Source: Mobula hypostoma
Taxonomy: Eukaryota
DNA: 64,000 nt
Assembly: GCF_963921235.1 (NCBI RefSeq)
Contig: NC_086097.1
Span: 66,652,001 to 66,716,000, forward strand
Reading direction: 5' to 3'
Below, piece by piece: positions 12,805-26,324 of the stretch. Under the pieces are notes generated by a model that searched no databases, was not told the origin of the DNA, and saw only the letters and a program-made list of their open reading frames with translations. Made by a program: the position numbers and the translations under genes. Within the stretch, counting starts at the first letter, position 1. Each line of letters begins with the position of its first letter.

Positions 12805-14275
12805 TTCAAGTGCACAGCTCCGAAGCCATATTTAAGTTTGCTCATGACACCACTGTCGTTGGCCAAATCAAAAGTGGCATTTAGGAAGGAGATTGAAAAT
12901 CTGGCTGAGTGGTGCCACAACAACAACCTCTCACTCAGTGTCAGCAAGGCCAAGAAGCTGATTATTAACTTCAGGAGGAGGAAACTGGAGAGCCATGGTG
13001 TTATCATTTCTGATTATCTGTTCTTGGCCCAGCACATAAGTGCAATTACGTGGAAAGCATGGCAGTGCCTCTACTTACTTAGAAGTTTGTGATAGTTTGG
13101 CACGTTATCTAAAACTTTGACAAACTTCTACCGATGCGTGATGGAGAGTACATAGACTGGTTGCATCATGGCCTAGTATGGGAACATCAATGCCCTTGAA
13201 TGGAAAATCCTACCAAAAGTAGTGGACACTGCCTAATCCATCACTGATAAAGCCCTCCCCAACACTGTGCATATCTACACACAACACTGTCGCAGGAAAG
13301 CAGCATCCATCACCCTGGCCATGCTCTCTTCACGCTGCTGCCATCAGAAAGGTGGTACAGGAGCCTCAGGACCCACACCACCAGGTTCAGGGACAGTTAT
13401 TACCCCTCAACCATCAGCATCTTGAACCAGAGGGATAATTTCACTCAACTTCACTTGACTTATCACTCTTTCCACAACTTATTAAAGTTCAAAGAAAATG
13501 AATTATCAAAGTACATATAAGTCGCCATATAAAACACTGAGATTTATTTTCTTGTGGCCATACTCAATAAATCTATAGAATAATAACCATAACAGAATCA
13601 ATGAAAGACCACCCAATGTTGGCATTCAACCAGAGTGCAGAAGATAACAAACTGTGCAAATACAAAAACAAAGAAATAATAATAATAAATAATACATATT
13701 GAGAACCTGAGATGAAGAGACTTGAAAGTGAATCTTTTGGTTGTGGGAATATTTCAACGATGGGGCAAGTGAAGTTGAGTAAAGTTATACCCTTTGATTC
13801 AAGAGCCTGATAGTTGAGGCATAATAACTGTTCCTGAACCTGTTGGTGTGAGTCCTGAGGCTCCTGAACCTTCTTCCTGATGGTAGCAAGGAGAAGAGTG
13901 CACGTCCTGGGTGGTGGGCTCTCTGATAAAGGATACTGCCTTCCCATGATAGCTTTTCATGTGGATGTGCTCAATGGTTAGGAGAGCTTTACTGTGATAT
14001 CTGCTTTATCCTCCTCCTATATGCTGATTCAACACCAGCTTTGATTCACTCTACAACAGCGTTGTCATCAGCAAACTTAAATATGGCATTGGGCCTGTGT
14101 TTAGCCACACAGTTATACGTATAAAACAAGTAGAGCAGGGGGCTAAACACCCAGCCTTGTGGTACACCTGTGCTGATGGAGATTGGGGAAGAGATGTTAT
14201 TGCCAATAACTGAGGTCTGCAAGTGAGGAAATCCAGGATCCAGTTTACACAAAGTACTGAGACCAAGGGACTGAG
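12805..14275. mobile_element. Two Rex1/Babar 3' fragments tail-to-tail (+ 12805-13470, - 13485-14275)
   Basis: ORFs 12838 (EWCHNNNLSLSVSKAKKLII) and 14046 (TGVPQG..SPLLY..FKFADD). Confidence 0.75.
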
Positions 14276-14277
14276 AA

Positions 14278-14815
14278 CAAATCTGCCAGAACAAGCGGGA
14301 ACTCCCAGTGGCCACCCATTTTAATTCCACTTCTCATTCCCATTCCAATACGTCTATCCATGGCCTCCTCCACTGTTGTGATAAGGCCGCATTCACCTTA
14401 TATTCCATCTGGGTAGCCTCCAACCTGATGGGATGAACATTGAGTTCCTGAACTTCCGGTAATGTCTCCCTTCATCATTTCCCATCCCCTTTTCCCTCTC
14501 TCTCCTGCTCTCCTTGCATACCCATCTCCTACCTCTGGTGCTCCTCCCCCCTTTCTTCCATAACCTTCTGTCCTCTCCTATCAGATTCACCTTTCTACAG
14601 CCCTGTATCTTTTTCACCAATCAACTTCCCAGCTCTTTACTTCCACCCCCCCAGTTTTACCTATCACCTCCTGTTTCTCCCTTTTAAATCTACTCCCCAC
14701 CTTTTTAATCTACTCCTCATCTTTTTTCTCCAGTCCTCATCAAGAAATGCTGGCTGTACTCTTTTCCATAGATGCTGCCTGGCCTGCTGAGTTCCTGCAG
14801 CATTTTGCATGTGTC
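14278..14815 (+). mobile_element. Penelope-like element 3' fragment with pseudo-LTR remnant, inside a Rex1 copy
   Basis: PVATHFNSTSHS and GSLQPDGMNIEF motifs (GIY-YIG C-terminus), a pyrimidine-rich UTR, then ttccatagatgctgcctggcctgctgagttcc. Confidence 0.7.
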
Positions 14816-15899
14816 TTTTGGAGCTTATTGATTAATTTTGAAGGGATAATGTTATTGAATGCTGAGCTGTAGTTGATAAAAAAAACATCTTTGTTGTCCA
14901 GATGTTCCAATATGGAGATTTTCACTTTCAAGGATTCCTCATCTTATGTTCTTGATGTTTATTGCTTATTTATTATTATTAATATTTTAATATTTTTTCT
15001 TTTGTATTTTCACAGTTTGTTGTATTTTGCACACTGGTGCATGTCTGTCCTGTTGGGTACAGTCTGCCATTGATTCTATCATGTTTCTTGGATTTCCTAT
15101 GCCTGCAAGAAAATAAATCCCAGGGTTGTATATGGTGAACATATGTACTTTGATAATAAATTTACTTTGAACTTTGAATTTCAAAACTTTATGATTTTTA
15201 CTTTTATAAAATTGATGTTCCTATTACAAATTGAAACGCCAGGGTCTGAATCAGGCAAATTCAGTCAGATGAGAAAGCTGTAGATACACATTCCTACACC
15301 TTAACCATTGCATCCTGATATCATTTCCACTGGAGTTATGTAAACAGACCTGTTATCCACCTCTGTATCTGATCCTGGGGCATTCCATGGTGCAACCAAA
15401 CCAACAATGAAGAAACAAGTACCCATGTTTTGAAATTTTAAAAATATTATCTGGTAGTATTGCAAAAAAACAAATGTATGATCTTAAGGTGAGGTTTAAA
15501 TAATTGATGCAAATAAAAGACTTGAATTTCAGCATTCATGTTGCAAATGCAGATGAACCATAAAGCCAGTGATATGCACTCCAATCTTGTAAATAAGCCA
15601 AGAGTAGACTATCGCCTGTATAACTAGATATGCTCAGTGTGTAATGACACAAGATAAAACTGTCAGAAATAAAATACTGAGTAATATAAAGCCTAAATTA
15701 GCAGAGATTGCTTTTATCCACAGCCGACCTTTATCGTAGACTGTTGTACATGAACCAAATTGAGCTGCCGCAGGAAAGGACAGGTCAGTGCTGCCTGGAG
15801 CATGAATAAGTCGAGCAGCAAAAGCAACAATTGTATTAATCTGAACTGTCACAATATATTTATGGATCAATTCCCCAAAGGAAACAGTCCCATAATGTA

Positions 15900-16720
15900 A
15901 ACAAAAGGAGCTAAGATGCAGCTCTCTTTTTGGAGAAACTAAACATTTTAAACTGGAAATGCAGGCAAAGTAATGGTAGATGGAAATTGACTCTGACAAA
16001 TGCAGAGAGATGTATTTTGAGAATTTAAACCAGGACTGGAGATACATAGTGAATGTCGGGTCCTGGGGAGGATTGTAGAATACACAGACCCAAGGGTACA
16101 AGTATCCTTGAAAATGAAAACACTGGTAGAGAAGGCATGCTTGCCTTCATTGGACAAAACATTGAGTAACGTCGTGTTACAGCTGGTCAGACCGCACCTG
16201 AAATATTGTAAGCAGTTTTATTGTCATACTTGAAGAAGGATCTGATTAAGTTAGAGAGGGTGCAGAAAATATTCAAGAGGACTTTGCTGGGACTGGAGGG
16301 CTTGAGTTACAAGGAGAGGCTGGATAGGCTAGGACTATCTACCCTGGAGTGAACTATACTGAGCGGTGACCTTACAGAGCTCTATCAAATCAAGAGGAGC
16401 ATCGATAAGGAGGATAACCACAGTCTTTTTATTTCTAGGATAATAGAACTTTCAACTAAAGCTCACAGATTTCAATTGAGAGGGGAAATATTTAAAGAGG
16501 ACTTAAGGGCCAAATTTTTCTTGTGGAAGTTGAGGGATATATTGAATGAGCTGCCTGAGGAAGTGGTTGAGATAGGAACAATTATAACTTCTAGGAGACA
16601 AACGGGCACGTTTGTGGATTGTAAGGATTTTGAAGGATATAGGGCATGCAGGTGAATGGGACCAGTTCAGGAAGACACCATTCATGCACGAGTTGGAAAG
16701 CTTGTTACCATACTGTATAC
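15900..16720 (+). mobile_element. Degraded CR1 LINE 3' fragment
   Basis: ctggtcagaccgcacctgaaatattg and gagagggtgcagaaaatattc match the CR1 copy at 63135-63860. Confidence 0.7.
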
Positions 16721-18744
16721 TGTAACTAAATTACCCTATGGAACATTGCAGGGTATCTTAAACAAGAAACGTGAGTGAATCAACTGTGGGTAAGTAATTG
16801 GAATGGTAAAGTTTGGACTTTGTTTTGTTAGCCCACTGAATCAAGGCTAAGGAAGCTGGAGTGGTTTGAGTTTAAAGTGCAGGGTCAGCTTCTCTTGATT
16901 CTATACACATATCTGCCTCTATTGCTGAAGGCATCTACATAGCCACACTTGCGAAGGTGTCTCTCAAACAGTTCTCTCCCTCAACTTTCTGTGTCCATTT
17001 CCAGTGTAGCTTAAGTTGTGAAATCAGTTTATGAGGTTCAAGCTACATGATTTTGAGTTTCTTCCCTTGAAATTCCAACTTGCTTCACTGCTGCCCTATT
17101 TTTGAAATAACTTATATACAGTAAGGTTTTGTGGCTTTGGCTCAAAGAAAGGTAAGGAAACCATTTGCGGAATACCACCTAAGAACCTTCTCACCCCCCA
17201 CAACAAAAAAAAATTGTTGTTCTTACACTTTGAAATTGACCCATTAATGATAGTGATAAATCAAGGGCATGGAATATAATCAGTCCAGTGGATCCTAAAC
17301 ATACAACAGTGGTTGTAGAGCTACTGAATAACCTGGGCTGCATACTAATTTACACATCTTTAAGGTCATCATGTAGGGAAGCAGCATTTTGCATTTCCTT
17401 TGTTTAAGATCAAAGCACAAGAGAAAAGATGGTTCATGGACGTGGTTAGGCCAAACATAATGCATTGTAATAAAAATAGAAAATACTGTATCTTCTGTTT
17501 CTAGTTCAGATTTTTAGATCTGCAGTATGATTTACATTTAATTTACCGGGTGCTATTTAGAATACCCCACTATAGAAAGGGCATTAAAATCCTAAATAAC
17601 AAGCCACATAGATTTGCCATGTTGACAGTTGTTATAATGAGGATAGATTTCAGATACTGTGACTGTTTCTAGTGCCTCAGAGAAGGAACGAAGATTTATT
17701 CGAATATGCCTTGTCTGATAAATTGGACGTGATTAACTAACCTCCAACCTTTCTGTAAGGTAAAAATTTGCTTAGACACAATGATTTTCAAATAGATTGC
17801 AGGAAGTGCACTGGTGACATGAAAGACATTAACACTTCAAATAAGGTTATTAATGACAGTCATTATTGGGATTGATCAGGCGTCCCACAACACACCCGTT
17901 GATAAATTGTAATCTTCCAATAATGAATTTGACTTATAAAGATGCTTATTTTCCTTTTTTTCAAGATTAGGCTTACTCTCCAATTGCAAACTCTTCTTAA
18001 AGAACCTACTGAGAACCTACAGGTTGAACTTTAATATAATTTGATTATTATTATTCACTGCAAATAATTCTAAGACAGAAGATTTGTCTAGAACATTCAT
18101 TCTTACTAACTGCACTAAACATTTAAGTCTGGCTGAAGAAGTGACTTCAATTAAAAAAGAAACTGGAGGCAGAATATAACATGCTGATAAGATTACTAAC
18201 CAGAGATGAATTTCTAGGCAACTGTACTTATAAAATAGAAATTAAACCTGTACAAGCAGCTTTGTCATTATGGATCAGCAAGCAAGGATCAAGCATTCTG
18301 GCTTAGATCCATTTCACCAGATTCCTGCTCAAGGTGCATGTTATGGCCAGTTTAACCAGTGAACCTGTGTCTCACAGCCCTCTCAATGAAATGGTATTCC
18401 CCTTTAAATAAACTCGGGCCCACTCTTTGAGCATATAAACAAAAGATGTTGGAGATATTCAGTGAATAAGGCAGCTTCTGCAGAAAGAGAATCGGGGTTA
18501 ACATTTCTGTTTGATGGTCCATCATCAGCTCTGTCACCCCAAATTTGGCATGTGCATAATTATATGTTAAAATATCACCTCAAAAACATTTACACTACTC
18601 AACATTACAAATTATTAGACATATAATGTATTGAAATTCTTGTAAACAAGTTCAAATAGCCGGGCTAAGTCATTCTGGAGCCCATGCCTGGACTCATCAT
18701 GCAGTCTGCCAGTTTGGCTGCACAGGCCTTTTTGAGATGGCAAA

Positions 18745-21180
18745 TCATAGACACAACAGATTCTGCAGATGCTAGAAATACAAAATTAGAAACTCAGCAG
18801 GTCAGGCAGCATCAATGGAGGAGAATAAACAGTCAATGTTTTAGATCATAAACCATCAGGCATCGAAGCAGTAATAGGCCATTTACTCCACCATTCAATC
18901 ATGCTGATCCTTTTTTCATCCCCTCAGCCCCACTCCTCGTCCTTCTCCCCGCAACCTTCGGTGCCATGTCCAATCAAGAACCTATCAATCTCTGCCTTAA
19001 AAGCACCCAATGACCTGGCTTCCACAGCTGCCTATGGTAACAAATTCCACAAATTCACCACCCTCTCGCTAAAGAAATTTCTCTGCATCTGTTTTAAATG
19101 GATACCCCTCTATCCTGAGGTAGTGCCCTCTTGTCCTAGACTCCCCCACCATGGGAAACATACAAACTTTCCACTTTGGTCTTTGGGCCAAAACCCTTCA
19201 TCAGGACTAGAAAGTGAGGGGCAAGAAGCCAGAATAAGAATACTTGGGTAAGGGGAGGGAGTATAAGCTAGCAGCTGATAGGTGAGACCAGGTGTGGTGG
19301 AAGTTAGGTGAGTGGGAGAGAGGGGGGGTGGTTAAGTAAGAAGCTAGGAGGTGATAGATGGAAGAAGTAAAGGACTGAAGAATGAAGAATTTGATAGGAG
19401 ACGAGAGTGGACCATGAGAGAAACAGAAGGAGGGGTAACAGAGGGAAGTGAGAATAAGAGAAAGTGTATGTGAAAATCCAGAATGGGGAATCGAAAAAGA
19501 GAGACGGGAGAGGGGGAGAAATTACTGAAGTTTAAAAAATTGATGTTTATTCCATCATGGTGGAGGCTGTCAAGATGGAGTATGAGGAGTTCAAAGTAAA
19601 ATTTATTATCAGAGTACATACGTCATCACATACATCTCTGAGATTGCGGACATACAGTTGAAGTCAGACGTTTACATACACCTTAGCCAAAACTATCTAA
19701 CTCTGTTTTTTACAATTCCTGACATTTAATCCTAGAAAACATTCCCTGTCCTAGGTCAGTTAGGATCACTACTTTATTTTAAGAATGTGAAATGTCAGAA
19801 TAATAGTAGAGAGAATGATTTATTTTAGCTTTTATTCCTTTCATCACTTTCCCAGTGAGTCAGAAGTTTACATACACTTTGTTACTATTTGATAGCATTG
19901 CCTTTAAATTGTTTAACTTGGGTCAAACATTTTGGGGTAGCCTTCCACAAGCTTCTCACAGTAAGTTGCTGGAATTTTGTTCCATTCCTCCAGACAGAAC
20001 TGGTGTAACTGAGTCAGGTTTGTAGGCCCCCTTGCTCGCACATGCTTTTTCAGTTCTGCCCACAAATTTTCTATCGGACATAAGGCGAATAGAGCAGGGA
20101 GCACTAGTGCTAGTGCTGATGGTGATTGTGGAGGAATCCAAAATGACTGGGGTCTGTGAGTGAGAAACTCCAAGATCCAATTGCACAAGGGAATATTGAG
20201 GCCCAGCTCTTGCTCCTCCAACCTGAGAGTGGTCTTATTGTTGCAGTAGAGGAGGCTATGGACTGACATATCGGAATGGGAATGGGAAGTAGAATTAAAA
20301 TGGTGCCCTCTGGGAAATTCTGCCTTTCATGGAGGATAGAGCAAAGATGCTTCAAAGAAGTGGTACCCCAAATTCAATCAGGTCTCACTGATGTACAGGA
20401 GGCCACACCAGGAGCACTGGATAAAGTAGATGAATACACTCAATGACTTGGTCTCCACAGCCACTTGTAGCAATGAATTCCACAGATTCACCAACCTCTG
20501 ACTAAAGAAATTCCTCCTCATCTCCTTTTGAAATGGGCACCTCTCTATTCTGACATTGTGCCCTTTGGACCTGAACTTCCCTGTGATAGGACTTCTCCAC
20601 ATCCACTCCATCTAGGCCTTTCAACATGTGATAGGTTTCAATGAGATCCATCCACATTTTAAATTCTAAATTCCAGCAAGCACGGGCACAGAGCCATAAA
20701 AACGCTCCTCGTATGATAAGCCTTTCAAACAACCTCCTTTGAACCCTCTCCAATGTCAGCACATATCTCTTAGATAAGGGGTCCAAAACTGCTCACAATA
20801 CCACGAGTGAGGCCTCACCAATGCCTTATAAAGCCTCTGCATTAGATCCTTGTTTTTTTCCTATTCTAGTCCTCTCAAAAGGAATGCTAACATTGGTGGG
20901 GGGAGGGGTTGGAGGTGTAGCGCTTGTATCACTTGTAAGTGAGAGAAGGGGATCAGTGGGGAGGAAGAAGTGCATACAGGAGAGTCACGTTGACAGCAAT
21001 CCCTGCAGAAGGTGGAGAGAGGAGAGGGCGAGTGGTGAGAGAGAAAGATGTTTTGAGTGTCAGAATCCGGTTGAAGATGGTGGAAGTTATGGAGAATGAT
21101 GTGCTGGATGTGGTGGCTCATGAGGTGGACAGGCATTGATGAGGGGAATTCTATCCTTGTTATGACAGCAGGAATATAGG
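18745..21180 (-). mobile_element. Penelope-like element interrupted by CR1 (about 18850-19160, 20425-20880), Rex1 (about 19590-20205) and an SB-like Tc1
   Basis: Pseudo-LTR pieces at 18750-18840 and 19180-19210; ORF pieces IILHNFHHLQPD (20861) and TLRLEEQ. Penelope sequence resumes across each insert. Confidence 0.7.
19655..20078 (-). mobile_element. Sleeping Beauty-subfamily Tc1 fragment: complete right IR/DR plus transposase C-terminus
   Basis: TA|cagttgaagtcagacgtttacatacaccttagcc outer DR and cccagtgagtcagaagtttacatacact inner DR (about 19851-19878). Protein PIENLWAELKKHVRARGPTNLTQLHQFCLEEWNKIPATYCEKLVEGYPK, then a frameshift to LTQVKQFKGNA. Confidence 0.9.
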
Positions 21181-21834
21181 GTGAGGACAGCTGTATGGAA
21201 ATTGGAGCTGGACAGGACTGAACAAACAGAATCTCTTCCCCAAGCATCATTGCACAAAGCAGAGTTGGCTCCAACAGAGAGTTAGGCCTCAGTTAGTATA
21301 CCGCAGAGCTTGTAGGTCAAGGCCTTCAAAATATTTTAAATGTCCTGAACAGTCAGATACTGTATATTCTAAGACCTTTCAGAAAGATTTCAATACTTTA
21401 AACAAAAATTAAGCTTAACGAAAATACCATAAAATACTTACAAATAAATAAGAACATTAAAATACAGAAAAATAATTCCACTGGTTCAGCAAGCGTGCTC
21501 GAATGAATGAGGTTGCTAACTGTGTGTCTGCCTTCCCTAGCAGAAGGCCCAGAATCCAAGCACACCTCAGCACCCCTAAAATTCTACCATTGGGCTCAGT
21601 GGTGAGTCCATCTGTGACTTTAATGGGCTCCACTGACTGGGCTGTTAAATTTGGTGACAAGCAGAAGGTATTATATTCTGTCCTTCAACAATCCAAAGAG
21701 AAGCTGGAAACTTTCCACCAGGGTGGTAATCAAAAATGATCATTGGTGTTGAAATGTACTAGTATAATTGCCAATGAAGTTAGATAATTTTTTTAAAATT
21801 TATATTTGTGTTATGTAAATATATGAAGTGAAGT

Positions 21835-22910
21835 AAATTGGAAAATTGGCTTATTATTGTCACATGTATGGCTTCCAGCATTCCCAGCAGGGTCTCACCC
21901 ACACCACCTCGGCTTCTCTTCCCCTGGTCAGCTGCAGCAAGTGTCCCCGCAGCCTCAGCCTAGACCTTCACAAATGAGGCAGTCTCGCCAATGAACCAGT
22001 GAACCAGTGAACCAGACTTGTAGTATTCTACATTACCAATGACAGGCAGGGTCTTGCGATCACAATAAAATCGTCCAAGGTAATCAATCTTACTGCACAC
22101 CGTCCAACAGTGCACAACAAGTCTAGGTGACAACACAGCAACAGTATGCAGTAAGTCCAGCCCCAACACTTTCGAGCAACTCACTGATGGGCTAGTCCTG
22201 CCAAACTTGATGATCTTTGTATCCAGCAGCGGCATGTAATCATGAAAAAGACATACAAGATGAACAAATATACCTTTGGTTGGCTGCTGTATCTGAGTGC
22301 TTGGGATTCCATGATGTGCTGGGCTGTCTCCACAACCCCCTGCAGTTTCTTGCAGTCACGGGCAGAGCGGTCCCCATACCAAGTTGTGATGCATCCAGAT
22401 AGAGTGCAATAAGAATTGATGAAGGTCAAAGGGAACATGCCGAATGTCTTTGGTCTACTGTGGAAGTAGAGATGCTTGTGAGATTTTTTTTCACTGAGAC
22501 ACCTATGTGGTTGGACCTAGAATAGGTATTGGTGACATCGATCCACAGGAACTTGAAGCTCTCAATCTCCAGACTGTTAATGTTAATGGAAGTGGGCCAC
22601 CATCCCCCTTCCTGGAGTTAATGACCAGCTCTTCTGTTTTGCTGACATTGAGGGAAAAGATGTGACCATGTCATGATGTTACTAGGCTCTCTATCTCCGT
22701 CCTGTACTCCAACTCATCTTTATTGGAGGTACAGCACACTATTGCAGATTGTGCTTGAGCAGAATCCGGCTACATAGGCATGGGTGTACAGGGAGTAGAG
22801 TCAGAGACCGAGGAGGCAGCCTTGTGGGACACCAATGTTTATCATGGCAGATGTGTTGCTGCTTATGCTTACTGATTGCGGTCTCTTTGGCAGGAAGTCA
22901 AGGACTGTGC
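21835..22910 (-). mobile_element. Rex1/Babar 3' fragment with non-coding retroposon pieces
   Basis: ORF 22181 LSGCITTWYG...KKLQGVVETAQHI; tail ttattattgtcacatgta. Confidence 0.6.
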
Positions 22911-23291
22911 TCTGGGCTTCTGGATGAACTAAAATGAAACTTAACTTTCAATATCACCATCAAGATTCAGATTGATCTAGAATCAAAAAATAATGCTCTT
23001 TTACTGTGTTCATCTCACCAAACATTCTTAAAGAATTAATTTACAGAATTTCAGAAACAAGAATGTATAAAAGTTAAGTACGAGACTCTCCACTTTTCAA
23101 AATAAAAAAGAATAGTTTTTTGTGGGAATTTTATAAAGATATATTAAAAATCAGGTATCATATGTCTAATTTCATAATCAGCCCACAAAGAAGATTACTA
23201 AGATTAGAAATGTGTGGGTGCTAAATATTTGGCTTGAAGTTTTTACTGTAATAGCAACCTAACATCATATCATTCATCTTACTTTTAAGTG

Positions 23292-23502
23292 CAGTGGTTT
23301 ACGGTTAATTGGGCCATCAGTTAATCAGGGCAGCCGCTTATTTAGGACAACTCTTAAAGAACAAAAACTAATCGAGAAAATAACTGGGATGCCCTTTGTT
23401 TAATTGGGACTTCTTCCATGAAACTTCAGCTGATTGGGGCAGCCACCTGATTGTGCTAAAAGTGTACTGGTCCCAATGTGTCCCAATCATCTGAATCCAC
23501 TG
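23292..23502. mobile_element. Tigger-like MITE
   Basis: Termini cagtggtttacggttaattggg / cccaatcatctgaatccactg; short version of 60013-60832. Confidence 0.65.
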
Positions 23503-26324
23503 TGAAGTGTGTTTGCATCTTTACCTTGATAACTACCAGTGGGTTACATTTTAACACACTGCTGTCACTCTTAAATTATGTTTTTCCATCAGATTGTTGA
23601 TTGTGACCTTAGACAGTCTGAAATAATTATTTCATATTCATGTATTACACAAGTCTGTTGTGAAACTGTGTGATCATTAGGGGTGAAGCCTTGTTGGTGG
23701 CTGACGAACCCAGCACTTGCAGTTGGCAGGTTAGATAGAGACCAGGCTAGGTTGTTAGAACCAGGGGTTACAGTCTCCAAACAAGGGGTTGTCCATTCAA
23801 GACAGAAATGAGACAGAGATGTAATGTATTCATGCAGATGGTTGTGTGGATCTTTAGCATTCTTTACCTAAGAGGTCTGTGGATACATACTTCAAAACAG
23901 AGACTGGTAAATACTAAGCGAATGAAAGAATGTGAAGAAAATGTCACAATAACAATCTTGTGGAATGACAGAGGAGGCACAAAGGACTAAAAGGTTGTCT
24001 CCTGCCTTCCTTTCTGATGCTCCCAGATTCTAGGGCAGGCATTTTGGCGATAAGGGTTTAGAAACATATTGAAGTGCAAAATGTAAAGACAATTTGAACT
24101 GTCTTAGAAGTGGCACTTAATGATTGGTCATCTGAAACTGATAGATCTTTCTTAGCCAATACTATTGAAATTGGCTTACTTTGTCACGTGTACTGAAATA
24201 TAATGAAAAACTTTCGTTTGAATGCCATCCAGACAGATCATTCCATACGTAAGTACCTCGAGATAGTAAAAAGGAAGACAGAATGAGAATATAGTGTCAC
24301 AGTTACAGAAAAAGGATAATGCAAATTAAGTACGGGGAACACAACAGAGTAGATTGGGAGATCAAGAGTTCACCTCTTAATATATCAGAGGCTCATTCAA
24401 GAGTCTTATAACGGTGGAATAGAAGCTGTCCTTAAGCCTGGTGCTAATGATATTGAAGGCTAAGACAGTGAATTCACATCCTTATGCTGCAAATTATGAT
24501 CACAAACCCATAACAAATAAGATTAAATTGTAACTGTACCTTTTAATGCTAACCATTGAACTGTTCAATATGAAATTCAAGGAACTTGTGCTTGTTGCCT
24601 TATTGCAAAACATCCATTTAGAAGCAACAAAGTGAAATTGCTCTATTTTTTAAATTAAATGTAATACTTTACTTCACTTGAATTTGCTATTGAAATCAAA
24701 TAACCTTCCAAGAGAGAGAGACAAAAGGAAAGAAGTCCTGCACAGAAGCAACCCGTGGATTCCTCTGAAGCAATACAATCGTCATGCTCTACTAAACTTT
24801 TCAAATGACATGGCCCAAAAAGGTAGTAATTCCACACCAAGTATTGCATAGAGAAATTAATAAAGATAACTAGGTGCAATAAAAAGCTTCACATATAAAA
24901 CCCTCGAAAATGGCTTGTATACAAGATCGCAGCTATGAACTTCAAATCATGAAGTTTGAAAGGCAAAGCATTTTTTCTTCAGAAAGTCTGCAGAATTTTG
25001 TGGCAGGGTTCGGTTGTGAATAAAGACCACTGGTAATGACACCTTCCATTACTGCTGATCGTTAGTGGGATAATTGTTAGCCAAATTGGATTAATGTGAA
25101 TAGGTCACACCAAGTTAATTAATTTTCTACTTGATTAGGTAGATCCCTTATTTCTAATTACTGGAATAGTACAGTGGCTGAAGGTCTGATCTCAAGAGTA
25201 GTTTCACCTTAGCACACTCTCATTGATGGTGAAAATACATTTCGTCGCATCTTTAAGAGATCAGGACTCTATTTGCAGTTTCTTGCTTAGGGCCAGTACT
25301 TCACACATAAGGACTTTAAGATTCTCCCTATAATCCTACCGGTACCCATTTAGAAATGCAATAGAGTAACTAGGAAAATGTGGGAATTATCCAGGATTAG
25401 AATTGATCCTTTCCCAAAATAGGCTTTATTAGTGCTGGTGGAATACTGATAGAACCTCTGGTAGTATCACAGTAAAATATTTGTAGAATCTTATTTCCTT
25501 TGAATTATGATTGAAAGGTTTCATTATAAAATGCCCAGTTTAGCTGAAAGTAAGATTGATACATTGCATATTTTAAATTTTTAGTGTTTTCTTAGTGTGT
25601 TTAATTATTTAAAGTGACATAAGTGGTTTGAGTGTTGATTACCTTTAAAATGTTTACATAAATTATTTCATTCCCAATATTTTAAAAATGTGGTTAGCTT
25701 TGACAGATTCAAAACTTATGCAGGGAGGTTTCCCAGAGTTTTATGGGCAGAATTTGTCTTCCTGCTCACATCACTGCCAAATGTTTGAGGTCCTGCTTCC
25801 AATCAGGGAATCATCTCCGGACCTCAGCACTGCAAGGATAGACAAGGACTTGGCTAAGTCCAGGAGAGGGCAAAGACAGTCAGCAAGAATGATGGAGGAT
25901 CCACATCAGTAAAATGTGGGTCAGTGTTTATCTTAATGGACTCCAAGTTCTTCAGCAATGCACAGATGATAACTTTCAGGCACTTGGATTCTGAATGCTG
26001 TTAATGGCACTCAATAGCCTGTTATATCTAGAATAGACCCATCTAGTGTGTGGAGGGCTACTCAGTATAAGAACTGAGGAACCCTCCTAAGATCCAAGAT
26101 GGCTGCTCACATAGTCTGCAAATGTTGAACAACCTCACGATGTTTTAGGACTTTGCTTATTTAGAATCACAACAGGTAAATACAAAACCTATAAAATATG
26201 AACATAATGTTAGCTTTTGCAAAAATAGCAGATTTTATTTAATTGGCCAAGAGTATTTTTGAAAGCACCTGTGTATGTCACCAGCAAAATACATGACAGG
26301 GAAGAATGCCGTGGGAAATCACTC

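Noticed and set aside
24655..25912. Short ORFs in unique DNA as host exons
   Set aside because: No recognisable protein similarity or convincing splice-site pairs.
26030..26182. Possible exon ending at caggtaaa (similar donor at 34158 caggtaag)
   Set aside because: Isolated donor-like motifs without a clear acceptor or recognisable reading frame.
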